NCBI GenBank assembly: GCA_002269645.1
Contig: NIVC01000661.1
Location: forward strand, 1 to 64,000
Length of the DNA stretch: 64,000 nt
Direction: 5' to 3'
Source: Macrostomum lignano
Taxonomy: Eukaryota
Shown: positions 1 to 11,237 of the stretch, piece after piece
Layout: every line of letters starts with the position of its first letter
How positions within the stretch are numbered: position 1 is the first letter of the stretch
The notes under the pieces: generated by a model
Database searches by the model: none
The model's input: the letters and a program-made list of their open reading frames with translations, nothing else
Told to the model about the DNA's origin: nothing
Made by a program: the position numbers and the translations under genes

Positions 1-49
1 CTTCAGAATCCGCCCCCCCCCCACATAAGAAATTCTGCTTGCGCCACTG
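1..49 (-). mobile_element. Terminus of a hAT-type MITE cut by the window edge (relative of 387-572)
   Basis: The reverse complement reads CAGTGGCGCAAGCAGAATTTC...GGGGGGGCGGATTCTGAAG, similar to the start of the 387-572 element (CAGTAGGGCAACCAGAAATT...GGGGGGGCGGATTCTGGAAG). Confidence 0.6.
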
Positions 50-386
50 CTAACAGTTCAAGTAATTCTGGAGAGCACAGAGTGCTGTCTAGAGAAGCTG
101 TTCAGGCTTGGCACAACGCGCCCGCCAAAATTTTGTTAATGTCAACTTTTGCTCATTGTAATGATCGAAATTCCTTGCGAGGGATTGGCTAACTATTTTA
201 CTTTAAGTGCCAGATAGAGAATCTAGCTCAAGACTGCGGGCCAGAAGGAGGAGAGTGGAGGGGAGAGGGGAGAGATGTGAGATGTGAGAGGAGGGAAGAG
301 AGGAGAGAGGCGAGATGAGAGAAAGAAGGGAGATAAAGGGAGAGAGGAGAGAGGCGAAAGGAGAGATGTCAGAGGAAGGGAGCAAG

Positions 387-572
387 CAGTAGGGCAACCA
401 GAAATTTTTTGAGGGGGGGGCGGATTCTGGAAGGTAAAGTCCCGTGAGGGAGGGGCGGAGGGAGGCTCTGTTTTTGGCGAAAATTCGCTTGGTCCCCCCT
501 TCAATTTTTTCTGGGTCTCCGCCTAAGGGGGGGGCCCGCCCCCCCCCCCCGCCCCCCCTGGTTGCGCCACTG
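387..572. mobile_element. hAT-superfamily MITE (186 bp)
   Basis: 15-bp TIRs with 13/15 match (CAGTAGGGCAACCAG ... CTGGTTGCGCCACTG) and a perfect 8-bp TSD GGAGCAAG at 379-386 and 573-580. An 8-bp TSD with CAG termini is typical of hAT. Confidence 0.85.
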
Positions 573-724
573 GGAGCAAGGAAAGAGGGGAAAGGAGGAG
601 AGAGGGGAGATTTTGATGAGAAAAGGAGAAGAAATTAGCAAAAAAGCTGAGAAGAGATGCAAACCTTGAGCGGGCTGGATTGTTATTGGCATGGGAAGTT
701 AGAAAGGACCCGAGGGCTGGATAG

Positions 725-774
725 AGAGACTGCGGGCCGCATGTGGCCCGTGGGCTGGAGTTTGCTGACCCCTG
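725..774. mobile_element. Probable right end of another non-autonomous hAT element
   Basis: GCGGGCCGCATGTGGCCCG...GAGTTTGCTGACCCCTG resembles common hAT MITE ends (reverse complement CAGGGGTCAGCAAACTC). No partner TIR or TSD was found. Confidence 0.4.
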
Positions 775-1058
775 CAGCCTGCAGTAGGCTATGCATGACG
801 GGCCCAGTTAACTGCATAATGGCAAATAAGAGACATGGGAGATTGGAGATAGGAGACTGTCTCCCCTGTCTCCCCTTCATTTATCTCCCCGATTACGAGT
901 AGGGCACAGTCACTCAGTCACATTTTGATAAGGAGGGATACATAGACATAGATATTTTCTCAGTTTTCATATTCAGAGGCGGTCAGAGCTCAAATGGGAC
1001 AGGTCATGAATAAATAACAATCTAACCCCCGCCTTGTCATTTTTCCGGATGAATAAAT

Positions 1059-1169
1059 CCACTGAATCATAAAGGTTTCAAAGTGCCTTTGCGTTCTCAT
1101 GACAGTTTTTGCCACTGAATCATAAAGGTTTCAAAGTGCCTTTGCGTTCTCATGACAGTTTTTGCCACT
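1059..1169. repeat. Exact 53-bp tandem duplication
   Basis: CCACTGAATCATAAAGG...GACAGTTTTTG occurs at 1059 and 1112. Confidence 0.9.
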
Positions 1170-1706
1170 CAATTATTCTAGTCTTACTGAATCCCCGAGT
1201 TAACAGAAAATTATAGCTCGGCGCACGTCCGCCAGCTTGAATATTCTCGCTATATTGTTCTCTATTTGCGATCGTCTTTTACAACCCGACATCAATAAAA
1301 CCCGTGTGGGCTTTATCTCTCATTAACAGAAATCTCTCATCAATTATAGCCTGTATAAAGCTTACTCATTTTGAGTTGCTCTTAGAAAAATGTTTTGAAT
1401 TTCCTGGCCAGTGGCAATAACCCGTAATGACAGGGCAATGCAAGGAATTATTTTAACCTAGAGGTGACAGCTAATTTTGGCCAATTCATTTCAGTTGGGT
1501 GGGGGGGGGTTAGAAGAAAGGCTAGAGAAGTGATATGGGAATTTCTACGTTGTACCGTTCTTGCCTGCTTAAGCGAACCTATGCGAAACAAACAAACTGT
1601 CCTGACTCCTTATCAGTGCAGGTCATCAAGTTTTTTCTATTCCCATATTGCACCAAAGATAAAGGAAGAACAAAGACGAATTTCGTGCGAGGCTTGACAA
1701 GGTCTG

Positions 1707-1710
<4 letters not shown>

Positions 1711-1748
<38 letters not shown>
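1711..1748. repeat. (TA)n microsatellite
   Basis: Direct reading. Confidence 0.95.
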
Positions 1749-1751
<3 letters not shown>

Positions 1752-2525
1752 ATAAGTTACAACCTAGCATAAACACATAAATACTTTGATACGGAAAGTA
1801 TTGATTCGATCTGACCTAAAATAGGTGCCAGCAAAAGAAAGAAAATATTCATAGCATTTTATATGTGCTTAAAAGTAAAACCAGATGGTAACAGATGGAA
1901 ATTACAGTTGTGCAGCTAGTTGATTATTATCAATGGGATAAGTAAAATATTACAAAAATTCTGTTGGCTTGAATTGGAGGTAGGAATACTGTATACAATA
2001 CCATTAGTATTTCATACTCGTATACTGGGGTTTAAGAAAATAAATCCCCCATTTCAGCCACATACAGCGGCATCACCTCCCACTAAGTTTCCGGCCCCTC
2101 CACCCCTCCTACACAGTTTTGAGCTAAATTACCCCTCCGGCCTCTATAACACCGAATTTTAAGCTGTACCTAATTCTAGGGTTCAAGAATGTAAACAATA
2201 AAGATAGAATCAATATAATCAGTCTCTAAAATAACTCCAGTTCATGAATGACCGATCGCCAGGCTTGTAGTAAACTCGTGAAACTGCGGATCCTAAAAGT
2301 AAAGATAAAATGGCAGTTGCGATCGAGTATGCATCGTAATATACTAATATTTAACTCACAATCTACAATCATGTCTGCGTGTTGAAGCTGAGAACATATA
2401 CAGGAAGAAATTGCAGAATTGCAGAATACAGGGAATACGAGAATCGAGATAGAAGGAAATCGGATTGATATAAAAAACCAGAGAAAGATATTTTTAGTAC
2501 TCACTTGCGACTCACGCGTCCTACA

Positions 2526-4553
2526 TCAGGCCTCCTCGGAGTCACCTGTCAGAGGAATGACAAAAAAATGGCTTGCTGGATCCCTGTCCGCTCCAGCAAG
2601 ATTGGCAAGCAGATTCGCAGGCAAAATCCAGCACTTTCGCTCAGGTGTGCCAGTTAGAACACCAGATGTCATCCTGTACAAGCCGATTCCCAGACGCAAA
2701 GATGGATATGGGTTGGCGTAGATGTTGTCAACTGGGTGTAAAATCCTGCCAGTGACTTGATTAGCTTCACTTACAGCTTCGATTAGGACGCATACTTTGT
2801 CGATTATGCAACAATTATCACCTCGCTTTGTGCTGAATTTCAACGGTGGAATTCGCTGCTCATTCAACAGAAGATCGCGAACTCTGAGCACCTGCTTAAC
2901 TGAATGCGCTGCCATGTGCCTTGTCACCTTTACGCGGCGCTTTACAGATCCAAGAAAGTTTTCGAAAGGGAAAGTCGAAAAGTTGTTTAAACTGCCTAGC
3001 TTTCGGACAAACTCATCCAAATGAAGAATAGTGTGAAGATTGAAACTTATAAACTTCTGGCCGTAAAGGTGGGCAGCCCGTTCAACAAAAACTTCAATGC
3101 AAGTTTTTGCCTGCGTCCACCACTTGGAGTACCTTTCGTTGGAGTATGCGTAAATGGCGAAATGGAGGTAAAGAAAGTGGTTATACCTTTCTTCATTTAA
3201 AATGCCTTTGAAGAGGACAGGTCCTAGGTACAGCAAGTACTGTCTGAATTCAGTAGCCTTCATGTGCTTCAGTTCCAAGTCGATTTTCCGGGGTCTTCGT
3301 TGAAAGTTTGAAGGTGTCCAACCGGCAGCCATAGTAATTCGGTCGCCCAATAGGCTCATCGGACCGGGATAGACGAGACACTTCTTGCCATTAGATTTGT
3401 CGAAAAATAGGTAAAATAGCTTCCTTGTGACTCCAAGGCATACGGCATGCTGGTAGTCAGGGGGAAAAGCATCGACAAAACTAATGTTAGGCAAATTTAG
3501 AAGGGGCGATAGAGCGATTTTTTTATTTTCCTGGTTAGACTCCTTTCCCTCTCGGTATTGTTGGCTGCTACGAGACTCCCCGACGCTCGTTGAAAATGTT
3601 ACTCTGTTGTCGGTATAAGGTCCAGTAGCCCTGCAGTACATGCAACCGACGTACGACATGTGCCCTTGAGTTACTGAGACCCAGGCTCGAGCAGGCGCAT
3701 CGCAAACAAATCGGATAGTCGAGAAGCTGATGCTTAAATTTTCGATAATTTTTATTGGACCCGTAAGAAAACGTTTAGCCTCGTCGCAAAATTGTCGAAG
3801 ATAATCATTCAGAGGTGGCTTGCCACAACCAGCCCATACGGCTACTGGAAAAGGTCTGCTGAATATGCTGGGAATAGACATAAGTATGGGCCAAAGACCG
3901 AAGTGGCTTGCTCGGTACAAAGGCAAGCCGTCAAAATTAACGATGGCTTCAATTTTGTAAACCTTCTCAGTTTCACTATCGTGTTGTAGATATTCTGGCT
4001 TCATGTGCAGCTGGTTTTTGCGAAACATTAGTTCTAGATTTTTCAGAATCGAAATGTAGCGAAAATGGCCTTTTCCCATGGGCTCCAATTTTTCCGTTGG
4101 ATCGCCAGCATTGATGACGGCCTCAATAGAGTTGACAGACTTCGGCGCAGGCAAGCCTATGTCTCTTAGACCATCAACAAGGAATTTTTTAGATCCACGA
4201 CTTAGGTTGAAACAAGAAAAGTAGACTACCAGCAAGGCGAATATTTTATCTTCTAAAGAGCGGTCATCCTCTTTCTTGTCAATCTCCTCATCTTCATCGC
4301 TGCAAACTCGCGCGAACTCGTCAAAATCAGGATAGCTGCCATTGTCGTTGTCAAGATCTGGATCCGTACCTTCATTGACTTCTGCTACAGAGGACTCCGA
4401 AGCGATGAAACCGGCGACTCTCCCAGAATCATCTGCTTCGAATACTTTTCTTTTTTTCTCTTGCAGTGCGATGTCTTCCAAAGCTTCTTGTTCTCCTTCC
4501 ATGAACAAGCCCAGCAAATCCTTATTTGCTTGTCGCCTCAATTGCCTTGTCAT
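2526..4553 (-). CDS. EnSpm/CACTA (CMC)-type DDE transposase, intact, 675 aa
   Basis: Uninterrupted ORF with motifs typical of animal EnSpm transposases: NFDGLPLY..LWPIL (first D), FVCDAPARA (second D), GHMSYVGCMYC, PPDYQHAVCLGV, KATEFRQYLLY, NLHTILHL, FPFENFLG (E). Confidence 0.88.
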   Translation of the reverse strand: MTRQLRRQANKDLLGLFMEGEQEALEDIALQEKKRKVFEADDSGRVAGFIASESSVAEVNEGTDPDLDNDNGSYPDFDEFARVCSDEDEEIDKKEDDRSLEDKIFALLVVYFSCFNLSRGSKKFLVDGLRDIGLPAPKSVNSIEAVINAGDPTEKLEPMGKGHFRYISILKNLELMFRKNQLHMKPEYLQHDSETEKVYKIEAIVNFDGLPLYRASHFGLWPILMSIPSIFSRPFPVAVWAGCGKPPLNDYLRQFCDEAKRFLTGPIKIIENLSISFSTIRFVCDAPARAWVSVTQGHMSYVGCMYCRATGPYTDNRVTFSTSVGESRSSQQYREGKESNQENKKIALSPLLNLPNISFVDAFPPDYQHAVCLGVTRKLFYLFFDKSNGKKCLVYPGPMSLLGDRITMAAGWTPSNFQRRPRKIDLELKHMKATEFRQYLLYLGPVLFKGILNEERYNHFLYLHFAIYAYSNERYSKWWTQAKTCIEVFVERAAHLYGQKFISFNLHTILHLDEFVRKLGSLNNFSTFPFENFLGSVKRRVKVTRHMAAHSVKQVLRVRDLLLNEQRIPPLKFSTKRGDNCCIIDKVCVLIEAVSEANQVTGRILHPVDNIYANPYPSLRLGIGLYRMTSGVLTGTPERKCWILPANLLANLAGADRDPASHFFVIPLTGDSEEA

Positions 4554-4917
4554 TGTTTTCGTCCGAATCAGACTTTGATGATAGTTGACTGTTGTAATAA
4601 TAATAAAGTAATTACTACGATTGCTTATTTCGTATTAAAGAAAGGATATGAACAAAAGCTGGGAAGAATTGAAAACTATTCCTTTGGGGGTTTGTGCGCG
4701 CTGATTGGACAGGTATGGATGCGGGGACGGTAGGGCCAATGAAATTGGAAAAGCCAGGGCGGCCTTTTTCATTCGAAGAACTATAGAAGACAATTGCTTC
4801 TAGAAGCAACCTAAACCACTGAATCATTAAATAAGCATAAACTATAGTGTGAGCTCCAAACTCTTGCTTTATTTGGTACTCAGTTTTGCACTAGCATAGT
4901 CTAGTCTGCATGCTACA
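4554..4917. promoter_or_regulatory. Putative bidirectional promoter of the EnSpm element
   Basis: 364 bp between two divergent ATGs, with ATTGG (about 4704), GCGGGG and CCAAT (about 4736) clustered centrally. Confidence 0.45.
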
Positions 4918-7879
4918 ATGAAGTTTTTAGTGATCTTTAAAGACGACCGTCAAATTGTTGAGGTCTCGGAAAGCGAAGTGAAGCTTCCTGAAGGCTTTCA
5001 AAACCTTAAGGAAGAGGAATGGTTAGAAAAGAGGGACTCCACTGAGAAGTGGAAGTGTGAAGCCTTGTATGAAGGCTGTTTTTACTCTGCTCTAATTATT
5101 CAGGTAAGCAACCGATCCCAACGATTGAAATGTTAAAATTCTTGAATCGATCTAATATTTGTACGCTCATATTTTCTCATTAATTTAAAGGTAATACTAA
5201 GCAACAACCTAGAGCCTGGGAGCTTCCGCTTTGTGCGTGAATTGGTGGCCAAAAAGACCCGACTGAACCGAATTCTCGAGTTGGTTCAACCCAGAGTCTT
5301 TCAGGAGCGTGACATGAAGAAAGCACGAAGGCATTACCAGACTAAGGTAAAATTAAGCACAGCCCATATAATTTTTATCGAGAACTTTGTTTTCTCCGTT
5401 TTACCTTTTAAACTATTTTTTAAGAAAAGGGAAGAAATTAAATGTGAAAATAATCTTTAAAACTGACATTAACTTGATAATTTCTCATGCCGTAACCATC
5501 CCAAACAGAATCTGTCAGACGGCTCAGCCACCGATTCCGAGGCAATCTTCGAAGATAAGAGCAGCCGCTGTTTGCAACCTCCAGCTTTGCTGCCTAAACA
5601 ACATCCGCCTACGATTGCACAGTTAGCGCCAATGCCTCCTATTAGTGATGATGAAGCAGAAGCTGGCGTAGACGCCGATATGGAAGCTGAGGCGGAAGCT
5701 GAGGCGGAAGCTGAAGTGGAAGCTGAGGCGGAAGCTGAAGTGGAAGCTGAGGCGGAAGCTGAAGCGGAAGATGAGGTGGAAGCTGAGATCGGAGCTGAGG
5801 TGGAAGCTGAGATGGGAGCTGAGGCGGAAGCTGAGGCGGAAGCTGAGGTGGAAGCTGAGATGGGAGCTGAGGTGGAAGCTGAGGCGGAAGCTGAAATAGA
5901 AGCTGAGTTCGTAGCAGATGATCGATCGACGATTCCTAAGTCGCCTCCCACCATTTCATCTTTTAATTTTGGTTCTGGCTTTCTTAGAAAACTAGAAGAG
6001 CAGATCCAAGCCGGTGTTAGCTTTGAGCTGGAAAGTCCAAGAGGCATCAAGTTTCTGTCCTTATATGCCCTACGCGAACTTACTATGCGCAAGAATGAAT
6101 TGAAAGCATTAGAAAATAGTTTGACCAAACAAATCACCGCAATGCGCACTGAAGTGCAGAGCGTGCTACGCTTTTTGGAACCTGTTGGCGCTGACATTCC
6201 AACTGATAATTCTGAGCCTTCATTCTGGCCGATCAACTCCTGGGAAAAATATGTGCAATTCGCTTCCAGTCCAAATGAACATATTTCTACTTTGGTAAGT
6301 TCATGACAGAGTTTTTTATTTTCTTTTCATTAGAAGAAATGCTCTAACTACTACTCAAAGCGCACTAGTACTATCACTGAAATAATAATCTATAAGTATT
6401 CTCACCTGTAAAAATCTAAACAGAAGAGCCTGCTACGTTCATGCAAGCGAGACAAGTGGTCCGATGCTTTAATGGCAATGCTTAACGAGAGCTTGTCGAA
6501 AGAGATGCAGGCGGTTATTAATTTAATCGGGTCAGACATGCGAAGCCGAGCTGTTGCTGCTGGAGTTGCGACCAACCTTACTGATGCGCAGCTTGGATTT
6601 CAGAGCACTCTGCTCAGCCATTTCCAAAGTAAGTCTACTTAATCAACGTTCAATGAGACTTTTAGAGCTAAATATCAAGAAATTAGTCGAGCACAGTGCA
6701 TGCTATTCATAGTAACTTTCAACTTTTTTCCTAACAGAAGCAATCACATTCATCTATGGCGCGACCGCTGAAGCCGGCAGGCCCTCTGAACAATCTGTAA
6801 GAAATACTTGCAGACAGCAGCTAAAGCATGGCGGTGACCGATTAAAGGGGCGGTCGCATCGCACAGGAAGCCAGCTGCTTTCCGGAGTCCAGACTCAAAG
6901 CCCCGCTTCTGACAGCGCCGTACAAAGACAGTCTCTGGTGGCAGCGACTCCAAGCCCCGCTTCTGGCAGCGCCGTACAAAGACAGTCTCTGGTGGCAGCG
7001 ACTCAAAGTCCCGCTTCTGGCAGCGCCGTACAAAGACAGTCTCTGGTGGCAGCGACTCCAAGCCCCGCTTCTGGCAGCGCCGTACAAAGACAGTCTCTGG
7101 TGGCAGCGACTCCAAGCCCCGCTTCTGGCAGCGCCGTACAAAGACAGTCTCTGGTGGCAGCGACTCAAAGTCCCGCTTCTGGCAGCGCCGTACAAAGACA
7201 GTCTCTGGTGGCAGCGACTCCAAGCCCCGCTTCTGGCAGCGCCGTAAAAAGACAGTCTCTGGTGGCAGCGACTCCAAGCCCCGCTTCTGGCAGCGCCGTG
7301 CAAAGACGGTCTTTGGTGGCAGCGACTCAAAGTCCCGCTTCTGGCAGCGCTGTGCAAAGACGATCTCTGGTGGCAGCGACTCAAAGTCCCGCTTCTGGCA
7401 GCGCCGTGCAAAGACGGTCTTTGGTGGCAGCGACTCAAAGTCCCGCTTCTGGCAGCGCCGTGCAAAGACACAGCCATTCATCTTCTTTTTCCCTAGTGAG
7501 TAAAAACGTATCTAAACTGAATAATGAACGATGAATACTATGATTGCTAAGCATTAAATACTACTATCAGTAAGATAAAATGTGCATGCAGTAATTTTTT
7601 GTTTTCTTTCCAATGTCACAGACACCATCGCGACTATCAGCGGGAGAAGTGCCGCCAGCGGCGACAGCAAAGCCGAGCTCCCAATCCAGAAAGCGAGCGA
7701 GTATTCAGTTGGATTCTCAGCCTCGAAAGCGGAACAACCATCGCCCCCGTTCAGCAAAGTCAAAAACCAACTACCGCACTGACTGCTCTCTCGAATCTGA
7801 TGACGAAACCGAATCAAGTGGATCAAACTGGTCCGAAGATCAGCGAGAGCTGGATGATGGACAATTTAAAATCTTCTAA
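4918..7879 (+). CDS. Transposon accessory protein (TnpA-like, DUF4806/BEN-like region), 6 exons, about 782 aa
   Basis: Exons 4918-5103, 5191-5346, 5509-6294, 6424-6628, 6738-7495, 7622-7879 all have GT-AG junctions and compatible phases. Contains an acidic (EA)n tract, [19 protein letters not shown] (resembles the DUF4806 C-terminus) and ten 18-aa repeats. AATAAA at 8021. Confidence 0.75.
5677..5910 (+). repeat. Coding 12-bp-based repeat (GAAGCTGAGGCG) encoding an acidic EA tract
   Basis: In frame within exon 3 of the accessory gene. Confidence 0.85.
6890..7470 (+). repeat. Coding 54-bp minisatellite, about 10.7 copies (SLVAAT[P/Q][10 protein letters not shown][Q/R])
   Basis: Frame-preserving repeat within exon 5. 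Confidence 0.9.
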
Positions 7880-9619
7880 TTATGAGAGCACGTATTTTAC
7901 GAGTAAATGCTGTCAAAATGATTTTAAAACTGACATTCTTTCAACACCTTTGTTGCCAAAAACTTAACTATTTTTCGTTCTAATATTGTGTTTTAATATC
8001 AGTTCCATTTAACTTCGCTAAATAAATTCAAATTTCATTACATTCAAGTTTCTTATTCGATTTCATTCATAGACTCAAACTAATTTTCTAAAGAACTGCA
8101 AAAAAATTTACAAAAGGCAAACTTCGTAAGCAGGTAGCAGCAAGGTTGTTTAAATTTATAATGGAAGAGACAATTGCTTAAAAAAATCAGATGGCTCTGA
8201 AAATTATTTGGAAATAAATTCAATTTTGAAACAACCAGAAAGCTAGGCTGCTGCCAGAGCAAAATATATCAGTAAAAGCCCTGCATACTACTGTTAGTAG
8301 AGTAAACCAATTCTTGCCTTAATTTATTGGGCAGTCCACCGGGCGCCGGGTATAAGGCCGGCGCCCCGACTGGACAAAGAGTGCGCCCCGCTACCGGCCA
8401 CAGGCCACCGGGCGCCGCGGTCTGCGCACCCTTGGGCGTACCAGAATTTCCCACTGGGATCCTCTCTCATCTAGTCCACTCATATCCTCTATAATATGTC
8501 CTTTATATTCTTCTATCCTATGTCCTTCGTCTTCCATTCCCTATTCTCTATCCGCTATCCTCTGTCTCGTATCCCGTACCCTCTCTCATTTGTGTGTCGC
8601 GCACAAAATCATTTCTGATTTTCTGTTTTCTATAAAAGAAACAACTTGGTTACTCGACTCTAACTAGACATAATAATCAATTCCTTACCTTCATCCCAAT
8701 TTGGATCATGCTGCAGGGGTGGCACAAGCGATTTATCTAAAATAAGCAATTTATGTTTATTAGATAAAATCGGGATAATAACTTATGGCAGACTTACATA
8801 GCTGGCCTTGGCATCATGTTGATTCAAGTGGTTTTAAATTAACAGTTTTGCTGGCAGTTCTGCTCCGAGCAGGAATCTGATCACTTACCAGGTACTATAT
8901 CAGTGTATGCGGACTCCGCGTTTGCAGCATCTGGAAAGATTTGAGTATGTGATTTCTAAAAAGATTTTTTCTGCTTTTCAAGTAGTTAAAATCGCGATCT
9001 GTACTCGTAATCTCTAATATACTAAAAATGAAAATCTTGCTTGCTCGGTTCTCGCTTGTAATTGATTTTAACGGCTTGTAACGGCTCAACGGCTCAACCG
9101 ACTGAGGGTAAGTAGGCTCACAGGTTTTATATGACTTTATGGTGGCTTTAGTAGTCGAGTCTGGAGGGTGTGCGAGCAACGGAAACTAAAATAATTATTG
9201 GCAATTTTTGCATTATTTATTAGCATTTAAATGCGTTTTAATTACCAACTGCGTGCATATCCTTGGCTACAACAGATACTTGTATGGCCTCTTCGTCTAC
9301 TGTGACTGTGATCATACCTGCCATTAACCGTTCTTGCCAACTGCAGGTAAACTGAAATGTAGTATATATATGCTTGCAACAACGATCGTTTTACGAGCTA
9401 AAAGCCATGTCGCAAATCAGAAGCACTGTTCGATACCAAATAACAAAAGCATGTTAATTTGCTAGGGGTGCCACAAATTTAACAGCAACAAGAAAACAAG
9501 AACCAACAGAAACATACAATATTTTGTTGATAAAAGAACTTCGTCAAAACGGTTTAGAGTTTACACATTGGGGAATATCTATAACAAATATATATATCGG
9601 AATATCTACGACGTATATC

Positions 9620-10019
<400 letters not shown>

Positions 10020-10859
10020 TTTGTTTTTCTGCGATATTTCCCTAATTAGAATTGGGGATTGCAGAGATAATCTTCCTGCCCGATCCCAGCTGTTCCTGTC
10101 AAATGATTTGATGGCGAGGAAACCAAGACGAAATGAAGAATGCTGACGTCACTGCACTTTGTCAATTTGTAATTGCGAGAAAGGACAAACCAGAAACAAC
10201 TCACCCATCGGTAGCTGCAGGGAAATGAGGTTCTCTCATCGTTGTACTTTACTTAGTTATCTTACAGTTAATCTACCTTAATCGTAATGGATATCACTAA
10301 TGCAGATTAATCTCATGCAATACTCACAACTTTTTGGTAACTTTACAGAACTTCTAGACTTATTTTTCCCACCCCAATAGACTACTGATGTCTGCAAATT
10401 CTATTTTTGAATCGATAATTTTTCTCAAATAAAAAGCGTAAGATTCTACTTTGCAGAGAAGTCAGTAGTCTGTATAGCGCGCATTCACTAATAACTAATC
10501 GTTTAAAAATGTTTTAATTACAAAAATTCTTTTATGCTATACAGATTTTGCGTGTGGGTCTGTGGGGCAACAACATCTGAACGTCTGCGCAGGGGATCAT
10601 AAATTGTGGGAGTTCTGGGCGAACAGGAGAAGAGAGGTAATCTTCCCGCGAAAAATATTCGCTGCATCCCCTGACAGCGAGCTCGGGATGACGGAGTGGC
10701 ATGGAGGGTTGCGCAATCACGCCGATTCTTCCAAGATAGCGGGCGCCCCACTGGGCTGCCAGGCTGCGGCCCGATTTGATGTACGAGCGAGGCTGCTGCA
10801 GTCTCTGCTGCTGATGCTGGCTGCAGATTTGGTCGGCTTCATCTGCTCCCGGAATCTCT

Positions 10860-11205
10860 GTGGACTCTTTTCTCCCTTTTCTCTCTTCTCCTCTCCTCTC
10901 CTCTCTTCTCTTCTCTTCTCTCCTCTCTTCTCCGTTTCTCCCTTTCCCCTCCTCTCTTCAGCTCTTCTCTCATTTCTTCTCCTCTCCAATCTTCTCTTTT
11001 CTCTCCTCTCCTGTCCTTTGCTATCCTTTCTTTTCCTCTCCTCACGTCTCTTCTCCTCTTCTCTCTTCTCCCCAACTCTCCTCTTCTCTCTATTCTCTAT
11101 TCTCTCCTGTCCTCTTCTCTCCTTTTCTCTCATCTCTTCTCTTTTCTCCTCTCCTCTCTTTTCCTCTCTTCTCTCCTTTGCTTTCCTCTCCTTTCTCCTC
11201 TCCCA
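10860..11205. repeat. CT-rich low-complexity tract
   Basis: Nearly pure pyrimidine; produces spurious LLFS/EKRR ORFs. Confidence 0.9.
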
Positions 11206-11237
11206 TAGTCCCATTTATCGGGAAGCATGCCCAGAAC

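Larger units (their letters stand above)
2526..8458. mobile_element. EnSpm/CACTA-like DNA transposon (transposase + divergent accessory gene); right end at about 8458, left end not found
   Basis: Two head-to-head genes. A GC-rich terminal segment ends in CCCACTGGG (reverse complement CCCAG...) and carries the repeated subterminal motif CCACCGGGCGCCG (about 8337 and 8406). Confidence 0.7.

Noticed and set aside
2226-2504. 92-aa minus ORF downstream of the transposase
   Set aside because: Atypical start, no motifs; likely chance.
7797-7810. CTGATGA-C-GAAAC hammerhead-like core (similar at about 39567 and 43840)
   Set aside because: There is no stem II between the motifs, and the first lies in a coding exon (S-D-D-E-T).
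1060-8905. CACTG (1060/1113) ... CAGTG (8901) or CCAGTGG (1408) as the EnSpm termini
   Set aside because: Only 6-7 bp match and the flanks give no 2-3-bp TSD.
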